Shown here: in pieces, positions 11,582-20,598 of the stretch
Position numbering within the stretch: the stretch's first letter is position 1
Layout of the letters: every line of letters starts with the position of its first letter
Assembly (NCBI GenBank): GCA_013824115.1
Contig: PNNG01000016.1
Coordinates: 7,686 to 71,685 of the forward strand
Direction: 5' to 3'
DNA from: Sphingobacteriaceae bacterium
GTDB taxonomy: Bacteria; Bacteroidota; Bacteroidia; UBA7662
DNA: 64,000 nucleotides
Notes under the pieces: model-generated
Seen by the model: the letters and a program-made list of their open reading frames with translations, nothing else
What the model was told of the DNA's origin: nothing
The model's database searches: none
Translations under genes and position numbers: made by a program

Positions 11582-12771
11582 GGTTGCTGGCGTTGAAAGA
11601 GGTGGTATTGCAGGCTGAACTGCCAGGGAGCGGCAGCGGGCAAAGTGTAATTGCCGCTACTTGCATTCCTGAATTGGTATTGCAAGCCAAGGCGGAAAGC
11701 CGGACTGATATCGTACTGATAGCCCAAGCCGGGTAGGAAGCGCTGCACGCTTGCCTGCGGCCAGGCAGCACGGCCATTTTCGGCTTGGATAACCGGTGTT
11801 GCATCTTGCCTTTCAATTTGTTTGTTCAGGCTATAACGCGAAAACAAGTAATGCTGGTAGCTGAGGGCGCCATATACCCGGTGTTTGCCTCTGGCATATC
11901 CGAGTTGCCATGCATTTTGCAGGGTCCAATAATCACGCAGCTCGAGGGTTTGGGTGGTGCGCTCAAAACCAAAATCATAGGTGGTTAAGGTATTCACGTA
12001 GTTCCAATTACGCAATCCTTGCTGCTGCATGCCCACGAGCCATTGTCCGTAAAGCCCATTTTCGAATTGAACAGCAGCGAAGGTACCGGCTTGCCAGTTC
12101 AAGCTTCCGGCACCTCGTTCTCCACTTACATTCCAGGTGGGTTGACTGGCGGTATACAAGCCCAGTGCCCATACAGGTGCCGATTTGGCCTGTGGTCGCT
12201 CAAAAAGGAAGGGTTCAACAGGTCTTTCGGTTGGTGATGGTTTTTCAAATGAGGTGCTCTCCAATTGGACTTTGCGTGCCATTAGATAGGAAACAAGGCC
12301 CGGCCTTTCTACCACTTCAGCTGCTGAACTTACCATGTCAGCAGCCTGGTTGTTGTGGTCAGCAGGCGTGGTGTCTCGATTTTTACCTGGCAGTGGTAAG
12401 GCAGGGGGCAGTGCAGTTGACTCATTCGTTGACGTTCCATGGCCTTTTGCAGTTGTCCAGTCAGTGCGTGTATGCGCGGTACTTTCATCCACTTCCGCCA
12501 ACAGCTCGGTTGTTCGGTTAGGCTTTTCGGCAAGCGCATGTGCCAGCGCTTGCACATTGCTTTGGGGTTGTGTTTCTGCCTGCGAGGGCATGAGCATCCA
12601 CCAAGCGGTTCCACCTACCAGGGCAGGCAACAGCCACAGCCACCACAGGCCTTTGCGCTTGCGTTCTTTTTGAAGCAAGGCTTGCGCCTGCTGCCAATCG
12701 GCCTCCCGGTAAGGGAAGTCGGCGCCATCGAGCAGTTCGCGTATCTTTTTATCGAAGGATTCAGCTTCCAT
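11578..12771 (-). CDS. putative anti-sigma-like membrane protein with beta-barrel-like C-terminal domain
   Basis: 397 aa. It has a short cytoplasmic N-terminus ('FDKKIRELLDGADFPYREADW'), one TM helix ('LWWLWLLPALVGGTAWWMLM'), a Pro/Thr/Ala-rich linker, and about 200 aa of alternating aromatic beta-strand pattern ending '...FSLQYHLF'. It overlaps the ECF sigma stop by 11 nt. Confidence 0.6.
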   Translation of the reverse strand: MEAESFDKKIRELLDGADFPYREADWQQAQALLQKERKRKGLWWLWLLPALVGGTAWWMLMPSQAETQPQSNVQALAHALAEKPNRTTELLAEVDESTAHTRTDWTTAKGHGTSTNESTALPPALPLPGKNRDTTPADHNNQAADMVSSAAEVVERPGLVSYLMARKVQLESTSFEKPSPTERPVEPFLFERPQAKSAPVWALGLYTASQPTWNVSGERGAGSLNWQAGTFAAVQFENGLYGQWLVGMQQQGLRNWNYVNTLTTYDFGFERTTQTLELRDYWTLQNAWQLGYARGKHRVYGALSYQHYLFSRYSLNKQIERQDATPVIQAENGRAAWPQASVQRFLPGLGYQYDISPAFRLGLQYQFRNASSGNYTLPAAAPWQFSLQYHLFQRQQP

Positions 12772-13324
12772 AAGGGGTTCCCTCCATTTTTAAAATCATT
12801 TTTTGCAACACCATTCGGGCATTCATCAGGTGCCATTTCGACGTGTTTTCGCTGATGTTCAGCAGTTCACCAATTTCTCGGTGTTTGTAGCCATCCACTA
12901 CATACAGGTTAAAAACCGTGGCACTCATGGGTGGTAATTGACGTATCATGGCCAGCAGCTGTTCGTAATTGAGTTGATCGCTGATATCGAAATCTTCACT
13001 GGGCGTATTCAATAAGCTGCTGTTTTCGTAATCGGCAGCGTGGTTCAAATCGCGGTATTTTTTATCGGCACGCAGCAGGTTGAGGATGAAGTTCACAGCC
13101 AAACGCTTGAGCCAAGGCTCAAAAGGCATGTTCTGATTGTACTTGTCGAGTTGCTTCAACAGGTGCATGAAAATCTGACTCAGGTAGTCGACCGCTTCCT
13201 CGCGCGATGGGGCATATCGCATGCATACCCGCATGAGGCTGCTGTACACCAGCTGGTACAACTGGTGCTGTGCCTTGGGCTTTCCTTGCAGGCACAACCG
13301 AATCAGATCGCTGTTGAGCTCCAT
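12761..13324 (-). CDS. RNA polymerase ECF-type sigma-70 family factor
   Basis: About 187 aa with region 2 ('FEPWLKRLAVNFILNLLR') and region 4 ('VVDGYKHREIGELLNISENTSKWHLMNARMVLQK'). I prefer the ATG at 13324 to the TTG at 13330. Confidence 0.85.
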   Translation of the reverse strand: MELNSDLIRLCLQGKPKAQHQLYQLVYSSLMRVCMRYAPSREEAVDYLSQIFMHLLKQLDKYNQNMPFEPWLKRLAVNFILNLLRADKKYRDLNHAADYENSSLLNTPSEDFDISDQLNYEQLLAMIRQLPPMSATVFNLYVVDGYKHREIGELLNISENTSKWHLMNARMVLQKMILKMEGTPYGS

Positions 13325-13380
13325 ACACAAATGCCGGAGCCACCCGCAAGGGCGACTCCGGCTGCTTCAGGGTTTGATAC

Positions 13381-14985
13381 TTATTGGATAACTACACGTT
13401 GTGCCGCAAAGCCGTTGTTGCTGCGCAATTCTAGGAGGTAGATGCCTGCGGGAATGCCTTCGAGCGATAATTGCTTGCTGCCTTCACCTGCGGTCAACTG
13501 CCAGTCGTTGGCCAGAACCTGGCGACCGGTCATATCGAGTAGTTGGATTTGCAGCTCGCTTGCTTTTTGGCTCGACAAGGAGATGGTGAGCAAATCGCGC
13601 GCAGGATTGGGGTAAACACCGTTGAGGTTAAAGCCTGCTTGCTCAAGACTGGCTGCAATGCCCGACTGGTTTACAGTGAAGTGCAGCTGTGCGTTCGGAT
13701 TGCTGCTGCTAAGAGTAAAAGGATAGGCGGTAAACGGCATGCCCATCATCTCCACATGCATTTTATAGCTCCCAAAAGCGAGGTTGTTCATGCTGTAAAT
13801 GCCTTGGGTATTGGTGTGTACCGCTTTCAGCACTTGCCCTTGTAGGTTGTGTAGTTGCAGTTGTACACCCGGCATGCCTGTGCTGCCAACGATGGGCAAT
13901 CCGCCTTGGTTTACACCGCCGCCAGCACCGCCTCCGCCGCCACCGGTTCCACCAGCGGCTTGAAGGGCAATGGAGATAACCACTGTGTTGCCGCCACCAA
14001 GGGTAAAGGTGCTGGCAGCCGACCAGGTGGTAGCGTTACCGAAGTAGGTGGGCACAAAGTTGGCTGCGTTGCCACTGATTAAACTGGCCAGGATGGAATA
14101 GGTGCCTGTTCCTGTCGTAGCACGGTAAAAGGAGGCAAATCCCATCGAATCGAGTGCGTAGAATGTGTCAACCGGCGTCCAAATGTTGTTTTGTACCCGA
14201 ATTAAGATCAACCGCAAGGTATCGTTGATCATGGGGTTAGTGCTGGTATTGCCAGTTACGGTACCTGCAATGAAATTCTGAATGGCTCCGCCACGGGGTT
14301 GCAAAATAAGTGGGGGAAGCTGGGTGGTGCCTGCACCCACTTGTGGTATGATGGCGGCTTGGTTCACATTACGCGTGTTTCCGAACCAGGTGGTATCGAA
14401 ATTGTTGAATGAGGCCGAACCAGGCGTTAGGCTAGCCGAAATGCGGTATTGCGCAATATACGGTTTGGTACGGAGGCAATAGGCCGTTGAACCGAGGCCA
14501 AGTGAGTCGTGACTGAAAATAGTGGTATCGAGTAAAAAAGCGCCAGCTACTTGTCGGTACAGTGAAATGGCTACCGTATCGCCGGCGGCCAAGGGCTGTA
14601 CATTGCCGCAGAACCAACCGCCGGTAGGTGCCGGACTGTTTCCGCAGAAAAAATCGAGGTTTGCGATTGGGCTGCCTGGTGACCAAAATGCCGAATCGTA
14701 CTGCGCAACACCATTGCATATGTACATGCCGGTTACAGCACCTTGCGAGGAAGCGGGATTAAAGGTGTAAAGATTGCTGAAAAAACCATTGGCATTCGTT
14801 TGAACGCTGTCCATCATGCTGGTGGCCGGATTGCCGGTGTTGATGAACAAAACCACCCATTGATTGGGAATGCCTATGGTTGTTCCAGGTATACGTACTG
14901 TGCCTTGAATGGTGACACCTTGTGCTGCGGCCTGTGTCCAAATGGCGGCAGAAAACAGGAATAGAAATAGTAATTTTTTAAACAT
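13381..14985 (-). CDS. T9SS C-terminal-target-domain secreted protein, paralog A
   Basis: 534 aa with a signal peptide, a poly-Gly tract ('GGTGGGGGGAGGG'), a carboxypeptidase-regulatory-like segment and a Por_Secre_tail ('VYPNPARDLLTISL...GIYLLELRS...RVVIQ'). It is collinear with the 530-aa ORF at 15246-16838. Confidence 0.85.
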   Translation of the reverse strand: MFKKLLFLFLFSAAIWTQAAAQGVTIQGTVRIPGTTIGIPNQWVVLFINTGNPATSMMDSVQTNANGFFSNLYTFNPASSQGAVTGMYICNGVAQYDSAFWSPGSPIANLDFFCGNSPAPTGGWFCGNVQPLAAGDTVAISLYRQVAGAFLLDTTIFSHDSLGLGSTAYCLRTKPYIAQYRISASLTPGSASFNNFDTTWFGNTRNVNQAAIIPQVGAGTTQLPPLILQPRGGAIQNFIAGTVTGNTSTNPMINDTLRLILIRVQNNIWTPVDTFYALDSMGFASFYRATTGTGTYSILASLISGNAANFVPTYFGNATTWSAASTFTLGGGNTVVISIALQAAGGTGGGGGGAGGGVNQGGLPIVGSTGMPGVQLQLHNLQGQVLKAVHTNTQGIYSMNNLAFGSYKMHVEMMGMPFTAYPFTLSSSNPNAQLHFTVNQSGIAASLEQAGFNLNGVYPNPARDLLTISLSSQKASELQIQLLDMTGRQVLANDWQLTAGEGSKQLSLEGIPAGIYLLELRSNNGFAAQRVVIQ

Positions 14986-15009
14986 GATTTTTAGGTTTAC
15001 TTAACTCCT

Positions 15010-15037
15010 ATACACGAACGGCTCAGGGAAGGTTGGG
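15010..15037 (-). promoter_or_regulatory. putative ECF-type promoter CCCAAC-N16-GTGTAT (copy 1)
   Basis: Read on the minus strand: CCCAAC (15037-15032), a 16-nt spacer, GTGTAT (15015-10). The motif ends 24 nt before the ATG at 14985. The same bipartite motif and spacing occur at 16863-16890 and 21963-21990. Confidence 0.5.
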
Positions 15038-15193
15038 CGAGGGCCGGATTATTTAAGTGTTTATATTGGTTTTTTCTAATTCGATGATTTGCACTTGGCA
15101 CAAATGAATTGCGCCCGTTCGTAAGCCTAAGTTAGTCGTATTTTTTATGGATACACAAACCCATAGGCAGCGGCTTTCTGGCAAAGGGAGTGT

Positions 15194-15230
15194 AAACAAA
15201 AAAGGAGCTGCCACCAGGCAGCTCCTTTTC
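15194..15230 (-). terminator. rho-independent terminator after paralog B
   Basis: GGAGCTGCC (15204-15212), loop ACCA, GGCAGCTCC (15217-15225). On the minus strand a T-rich run follows (complement of AAACAAAAAA). Confidence 0.6.
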
Positions 15231-15245
15231 AATTTTGGTTTTATT

Positions 15246-16838
15246 TTATTGCACCACTACCCGTTGCGTACTGCGTTTGCCGGCACTTTCAACTTCCATC
15301 AAATACAGGCCTGGAGCAACGCCATCTACCCCAAAAGGAAATTCATTGATCCCTTCGGCGAGGTCGTAGAGCTGCTGGGCAACCACACGGCCTTGCAAGT
15401 CAAGCAAACGTGCCTTTAAATGGCCAGCTTCGTTGCCTGTGAGGCGGATGTAGGCCTGGCCCCGCACCGGATTCGGGTAAATGCCCTCCAAGGTAAAGGC
15501 TTGTTGTAAGAGGCTCGCTGCAATTCCTTGGTTAGACACCGAGAAGTGGATTTGTGGGTTCGGATTAGCCGCCGTGATGCTGAATGCATAGGGCGTAAAG
15601 GCAACACCCATCATTTCCACGTGCAATTTATAATCGCTAAATGGCAATTGACTAAAATTATAGCTGCCTTGGGTGTTGGAATGGGTGGCTTTGAGCACTT
15701 GGCCGCTGCTGCTCTGCAACTGGACTTGCACCCCCGGAATCCCGGCACTTCCTGTTACAGGCAAGCCGTTTTGGTTGACGCCTCCGCCTACACCTCCGTT
15801 GCCACCGCCAGTACCGCCAGCTGCAGCCAGGCTGATGAAGGTACTGGATATGGTTCCATTTACAAGGCTAAAGGTTTGTGCTTGCGACCAAGTAGTTACA
15901 TTGCCGAGGTAAGTGGGCACATAATTGGCCGAATTGCCCGACATCAAGGTAGCGAGCAGCGAAAACTGGCCGATGCGGTTCACAGGGATGTTGAAATAAG
16001 CCACACCTGCCGAGTCAATCACAAACAGGGTGTCGATAGGGGTCCAAATACCGTTTTGAACTTCAATGAGGATCAGCCTAACGGTGTCGAGCAGGCTGCC
16101 AGCTGGGCTTGTAAAGCCGCTTACGGTGCCCATTACCCGGTTCACAGGCGTTGACACCGTGCTTTGTAAGACAATGTTGGCAATTGATCCCCCTGTAGGG
16201 ACAAAAATCGATTGCGCCGAAAGCACATTGGTGGTATTACCAAACCAAGTAGGCAAATAGGTGGCGGCATTTACAGATCCCGCTGTCAAACTTGCCCTCA
16301 TGCGGTAAGTGCCGTTAAATACCCGCAGGCAATAGGCAGCAAAGCCAGAGCCGGTGCTGTCGGTTATGCGGATGGTAGTGTCGGCCATGAACGCACCACC
16401 GGTCATGCGGAATAACTCCACCAAAGCGGTATCTCCGGCTGCCAAAGGAGAAATGTTACCGCATAGAAACCTGGGAGTGGGAGGGGTAGGGCTTCCGGTG
16501 CAAAACAAATGGATGGTAGTGGTCATGCTGCCCGGAAACCAAGCGGCAGAGTCAACGGCAAAGCTATTTCCGCACATTGTCTGTGCCAGGACGACCCCGC
16601 TGGTCCAACCGGGTGGTATGGTGTAAATCCGCGAAAAGTTGCCCAAAGAATCGGTTATTACTGTATCTACAAGGGCACCTGGCTGGTTGAAGTTGATGAT
16701 CAATACAACCGGTTGTCCGGGTACGCCTTGCGCCGTGATGGAAGCCCGGAAACTGCCATTGACAGTCAAGGCGAGTCCTTGCGCAAATAAGGTGGAGGTG
16801 CTTAGCATCAACACCAGGAAGAGTAGTTTTTTCAACAT
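15246..16838 (-). CDS. T9SS C-terminal-target-domain secreted protein, paralog B
   Basis: 530 aa with the same architecture as paralog A. Matching blocks include 'CGNISPLAAGDTALVELFR' vs 'CGNVQPLAAGDTVAISLYR' and 'HVEMMGVAFTPYAF' vs 'HVEMMGMPFTAYPF'. The Por_Secre_tail reads 'IYPNPVRGQAYIRL...GLYLMEVES'. Confidence 0.85.
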   Translation of the reverse strand: MLKKLLFLVLMLSTSTLFAQGLALTVNGSFRASITAQGVPGQPVVLIINFNQPGALVDTVITDSLGNFSRIYTIPPGWTSGVVLAQTMCGNSFAVDSAAWFPGSMTTTIHLFCTGSPTPPTPRFLCGNISPLAAGDTALVELFRMTGGAFMADTTIRITDSTGSGFAAYCLRVFNGTYRMRASLTAGSVNAATYLPTWFGNTTNVLSAQSIFVPTGGSIANIVLQSTVSTPVNRVMGTVSGFTSPAGSLLDTVRLILIEVQNGIWTPIDTLFVIDSAGVAYFNIPVNRIGQFSLLATLMSGNSANYVPTYLGNVTTWSQAQTFSLVNGTISSTFISLAAAGGTGGGNGGVGGGVNQNGLPVTGSAGIPGVQVQLQSSSGQVLKATHSNTQGSYNFSQLPFSDYKLHVEMMGVAFTPYAFSITAANPNPQIHFSVSNQGIAASLLQQAFTLEGIYPNPVRGQAYIRLTGNEAGHLKARLLDLQGRVVAQQLYDLAEGINEFPFGVDGVAPGLYLMEVESAGKRSTQRVVVQ

Positions 16839-16862
16839 AACGAAAGGGTTTTATTACACACC

Positions 16863-16890
16863 ATACACCCTCTAATTGTTAAAAGTTGGG
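16863..16890 (-). promoter_or_regulatory. putative ECF-type promoter CCCAAC-N16-GTGTAT (copy 2)
   Basis: Read on the minus strand: CCCAAC (16890-16885), a 16-nt spacer, GTGTAT (16868-16863). The motif ends 24 nt before the ATG at 16838. The spacer sequence is unrelated to that of copy 1. Confidence 0.5.
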
Positions 16891-16940
16891 TGCTCGAACC
16901 ATTTTAAAAAACCGGTACGAGCTTGGTATGTTTCGAGTAA

Positions 16941-17408
16941 ATGAAAATCTGGATTTTATTGGGCTTTTTGGGGGCAGGATTGCTTTCAGCACAAGCACAA
17001 ACGAACACCGATGTTGCTTCGCCTGAAATGTTTGCCTACGATGCGCAAAGCATCAGGTTGTTGGGTGAAGGGATGGGCTATGTGCAAGGAAATGCCGAAC
17101 ATGAGGCCGGTATTTTCAACCGAAAAATGCGCGGCAAACTCTTGGGTGATTCGGCAAATGCGGTTATGGAAGTTTCTGTGGTAAAGCAGCGCAAGGGTTT
17201 TTGGAATGGTTTGGGGGGCTTGGTAGTCGCCAGTGCGGGATTGGCAGCCGCGGCCAATACGCCTGTTGGACTGGTAGTTTTGGTAGGTGGTGCTGTTTGG
17301 TACGGAGTAGGTATCGTCCAATCTATGGAGGGCACCGAGCATTTTCATCGTGCCATTTGGTTACATAATCGCGAGGTGATTGTGCGAGCCAATAAGCCCC
17401 AAGGCTAG
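16941..17408 (+). CDS. hypothetical secreted/membrane protein
   Basis: 155 aa with a signal peptide ('LLSAQAQ') and a Gly/Ala/Val-rich hydrophobic hairpin ('GLGGLVVASAGLAAAANTPVGLVVLVGGAVWYGVGIV'). Confidence 0.45.
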   Translation: MKIWILLGFLGAGLLSAQAQTNTDVASPEMFAYDAQSIRLLGEGMGYVQGNAEHEAGIFNRKMRGKLLGDSANAVMEVSVVKQRKGFWNGLGGLVVASAGLAAAANTPVGLVVLVGGAVWYGVGIVQSMEGTEHFHRAIWLHNREVIVRANKPQG

Positions 17409-19504
17409 ATAGAACCCCAAAACCTGCGCAACAGCCATTCGACGCCCAGTAGTGTCAAAAGTATCGCCATTAGCCACTCTAAATCAATGAGTGATTGCAA
17501 ACGTTGCTCGAAATAGGATTGACTTTCCATTCCTTCTTGCGTTTGTATGGCCAGTACCAAATCATCGGTTTTTTCGATGTCGATGAGCTTTCCTCCAGTG
17601 AGGGCTGCCATTTGTGCCAGGAGGTAGTGGTTAGCTACCGTGTTTATTTTTTCTAAGTCGAGTGCACTCACCGCAAAAACGCCTTTTGCTTCCAATTTTT
17701 TATCTCCCAGGTTCACTTCTGCCTGGTAAGTGTAGTCGCCTGGAGGTAAAGCCCCTGCATTGAGGTAATAATATTGACGGTTGCGACCCATGACGAACGA
17801 ATACTGTTGGCCGTTGAGGTTCTTTACACGTAACCGCACCTCCGGGTCATTCACCGCTTCGTTGGCCGCATTGAATAATTCAGCGTCGAAAACGATTTCT
17901 TCCTGCTCTTCATATAGTTTTTTGGAGCTGCGCACCTTAAAAGGGGCATTGTCTGCCGTAACCGACAAAAACTGTAAGGTTTTACGAACCAGCTCCTCCA
18001 ATGTTTGGCCATTGGCGATACTGGTCTCGGCCAGTGCAAGTCCCCATTTCCAAAGCCCTTCGCCTGCCAATACAGCAGTACGTGGCGTTTCGGCGGAGTA
18101 TGCCAAAAGAGGCATTCCTGTATTAAGGCTTCCTATGCGTTGAATGAGTAGTGATTGAGCTTGGCCGCCCAGCTTGTACTCGCCAAAAGGCGCATCGAGT
18201 GGTGGCAGATTGTCGAGTAGCCTGCCCAAATTCGGGTCGGAGGCAAATAAGGTAAAATCGGTAGCTGCAACGCCCTGCACTTTGTTGGTTCCACCACCTC
18301 TGCTGCTAATTTGTAAAACACTTTGCAGCTGGTTGAAAGCGAAAATTTGCGTTTGGGTTCCTACCACGTACCAAATGGGCACCTCCCAGCGCTTAAGTTG
18401 CGTCATCCATGCAACACTGTTTGGGGCCAAACTGGGTATTTGATGAAGGACTACCAGGTCGGGTTTGGAGGCTGTTTGGGGACTTTGATAAGCGTATGCC
18501 AAAGTGGTTTCGTAACGCGGATTGCCGCTGAGTGCACGGCCAATGAAGCCCAAATCGGGGTGCGGACCATTGCCTAACAACAAAATGCGGGTACGGGTAT
18601 CTACCACTTCCACATAAATTTCACGCTGGTTGTTGTTCAATAGATTGGGGTCTTCGCCAGCCACCTTGGCACTTACACGGTATTTTTGAAGCCCGGCCTT
18701 TCCTGCAGGTACAGTAAAATTGGCGGTTGCAAAGCTGTTGTCGCCACGCAGCGTTAAATTTTCGCTGCCCAACTTGATAAAGCCTCCTTTTTCAAATTTT
18801 TCGAGCTCTAACTGCACCAATTGTCCACCTAGACGTGTGGCCTCCACATCAACCAGCAGGCTAAAATCGCTTTCGATGTATACCACTTGGTTGGCGCGTA
18901 AATTTTTGATACGCAGGTCACGGGTGATTGTTGTGTCACCCAAGGGAAGGGTGTAGACCGGAACCCCAAGCGCCTCGGCTGCCCTAACGGCGTCGCCACC
19001 ACGGTTTTGTATGCCATCGCTCACCAGTACCACTGCGGCAAGCTGCTGTCCACCCAGGCGGTTGCCCAGTTGCTCAAAAGCTCGACTGAAATCAGTAGCG
19101 CCTTCGCTAAAATCGAAACCCAAGCTATCGCTTAACTTTTCACCGAAGCTAAACAGTCGAAAATCGGCTTTTTCGCCTATTTTTTGGGGGAGGTTCAAGC
19201 TCCACTGGCGCAACTTTTCGGCAAGCTTTCCACTGTCGGTTTGGTGCAGGAGCGAGGCGCTGTTGTCGAATACTACCGCCACTACTGGCTTTTCTACTAT
19301 TTTTTTGTCGGTTTTCAGGTAAAAACCAGCGAGCAGAAGCACCAAAACAAAAATACTCAAAAACCTGAGCGCCGCTAAAACGAGGTGTTGTTGGCGGTTT
19401 TCGGTTGGCTGTTTTTTATAAAAATACAGCAACCAGGCAAAAGAAGCCGCCAGCAGCGGGGCCAGCAGCCAAAACCATCCGCCTTGTTGCGAGAGTATTT
19501 CCAT
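17405..19504 (-). CDS. vWA (von Willebrand A) domain-containing membrane protein, BatA/BatB-like
   Basis: 699 aa with two N-terminal TM helices, a MIDAS-like DxSxS ('VVAVVFDNSASLL') and a C-terminal TM helix. Confidence 0.7.
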   Translation of the reverse strand: MEILSQQGGWFWLLAPLLAASFAWLLYFYKKQPTENRQQHLVLAALRFLSIFVLVLLLAGFYLKTDKKIVEKPVVAVVFDNSASLLHQTDSGKLAEKLRQWSLNLPQKIGEKADFRLFSFGEKLSDSLGFDFSEGATDFSRAFEQLGNRLGGQQLAAVVLVSDGIQNRGGDAVRAAEALGVPVYTLPLGDTTITRDLRIKNLRANQVVYIESDFSLLVDVEATRLGGQLVQLELEKFEKGGFIKLGSENLTLRGDNSFATANFTVPAGKAGLQKYRVSAKVAGEDPNLLNNNQREIYVEVVDTRTRILLLGNGPHPDLGFIGRALSGNPRYETTLAYAYQSPQTASKPDLVVLHQIPSLAPNSVAWMTQLKRWEVPIWYVVGTQTQIFAFNQLQSVLQISSRGGGTNKVQGVAATDFTLFASDPNLGRLLDNLPPLDAPFGEYKLGGQAQSLLIQRIGSLNTGMPLLAYSAETPRTAVLAGEGLWKWGLALAETSIANGQTLEELVRKTLQFLSVTADNAPFKVRSSKKLYEEQEEIVFDAELFNAANEAVNDPEVRLRVKNLNGQQYSFVMGRNRQYYYLNAGALPPGDYTYQAEVNLGDKKLEAKGVFAVSALDLEKINTVANHYLLAQMAALTGGKLIDIEKTDDLVLAIQTQEGMESQSYFEQRLQSLIDLEWLMAILLTLLGVEWLLRRFWGSI

Positions 19505-19525
19505 CAGTTAGTTGTGCCCTAAAAA

Positions 19526-20272
19526 TTACATTTGCAATCCACCACAAACGTTGATTACTTGTCCGGTGATATAGGCACTGGCATCCGATGCCAAGAAAAT
19601 AGTCAGGTTGGCCACATCGTCGGTGCTGCCTGCACGGCCCAGTGGAATCATTTTGTTCCATTCTTCAATCACCTTGGGGTCGAGGGAGTCGGTCATTTCG
19701 GTTTGGATGAAGCCCGGAGCAATGGCATTGCAGCGGATATTGCGTGAGCCTAGCTCCTTGGCGATAGATTGGGTGAAGCCGATTACGCCTGCCTTGGAAG
19801 CGCTGTAGTTCGATTGGCCGGCGTTGCCATCACGACCCACTACCGAACTCATATTGATGATGCTGCCACGGCGGTTTTTCATCAAATGCCGCGCAGCATG
19901 TTTGGTGATGTTGTACACCGATTTGAGATTGGTATCAATCACCGCATCCCATTGTTCTTCGCCCATGCGCAACAGCAGGCCGTCTTTGGTGATGCCGGCA
20001 TTATTCACGATGATTTCCAGATCGCCGAAATCAGCAATAATGGCATTGATGAGGCTTTCGGCTTCGGCATAATTGCCAGCATCCGATTTATATCCTTTGG
20101 CACGTACGCCTGCAGCCTGCAATTCGGCTTCGAGGGCACGGGCTTTTTCTTCCGATGAGAGGTAGGTGAAGGCCACATCGGCGCCTTCGGCGGCAAATTT
20201 GCGGGCAATGCCCAAACCTATGCCACGTGATGCACCTGTAATGAGGGCTACTTTTCCTTGCAATGCTTTCAT
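19526..20272 (-). CDS. fabG: 3-oxoacyl-[acyl-carrier-protein] reductase
   Basis: SDR protein with 'GKVALITGASRGIG', 'NNAGIT' and 'YSASKAGVIGFTQSIAKEL'. I prefer the ATG at 20272 (MKALQGK...). Confidence 0.9.
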   Translation of the reverse strand: MKALQGKVALITGASRGIGLGIARKFAAEGADVAFTYLSSEEKARALEAELQAAGVRAKGYKSDAGNYAEAESLINAIIADFGDLEIIVNNAGITKDGLLLRMGEEQWDAVIDTNLKSVYNITKHAARHLMKNRRGSIINMSSVVGRDGNAGQSNYSASKAGVIGFTQSIAKELGSRNIRCNAIAPGFIQTEMTDSLDPKVIEEWNKMIPLGRAGSTDDVANLTIFLASDASAYITGQVINVCGGLQM

Positions 20273-20598
20273 GATGGGTAGTTTGCTAGCTGGCAAAGAT
20301 AAGGGTGCAACTGAAGTTTTGGGGAAGGTGCTACATGAATTTTGGAACTCGGGATGATGTCATTCATCGATTTCTTCTGACTAGCTGGGGGTTGCATTCT
20401 GGTTCTTGGCTAAAGAATGGGGCTGGGGGCATTTCATGGATGGTCGTGGAAGACATTGTCATGGATTTTGGTCTTGAACCAAGAAAATGAAGTACGCGAT
20501 GGAGGCTGTCTTCTTAATGGCAACCTATGAATTGCTTTAATTGGGGCTTATTTGTTCGGATGTAAGTAGAAGTGTAGCTTTAAAAAGTTTTTTAGACT

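Noticed and set aside
13321-13350. A possible fourth copy of the promoter motif ('CCATACAC' at 13321-13328) in front of the ECF sigma gene.
   Set aside because: The partner hexamer GTTGGG is absent 16 nt away (the sequence there is CGCAAG). The ATACAC overlaps the sigma start codon region itself, so it cannot act as a -10 element for that gene.
15016-15123. The 8-bp inverted repeat ACGAACGG / CCGTTCGT separated by about 90 nt upstream of paralog A.
   Set aside because: The stem is short and the loop very long. One arm overlaps the promoter-motif spacer, and nothing comparable exists upstream of paralog B. It is likely fortuitous.
17405-17408. Convergent genes sharing overlapping stop codons (CTAG at 17405-17408, and similarly 25853-25856 and 24561-24567).
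   Set aside because: These are real but a trivial result of tight packing. No hairpin or regulatory signal is associated with them, so they are not a feature in their own right.
20297-20598. The 61-aa ORF (20305-20490), or an RNA gene, in the 326-nt fabG/chitinase divergent intergenic region.
   Set aside because: The ORF has no motif, an odd composition (Trp/Gly-rich) and no coupled context. I saw no convincing conserved hairpins. This is most simply a divergent promoter region.
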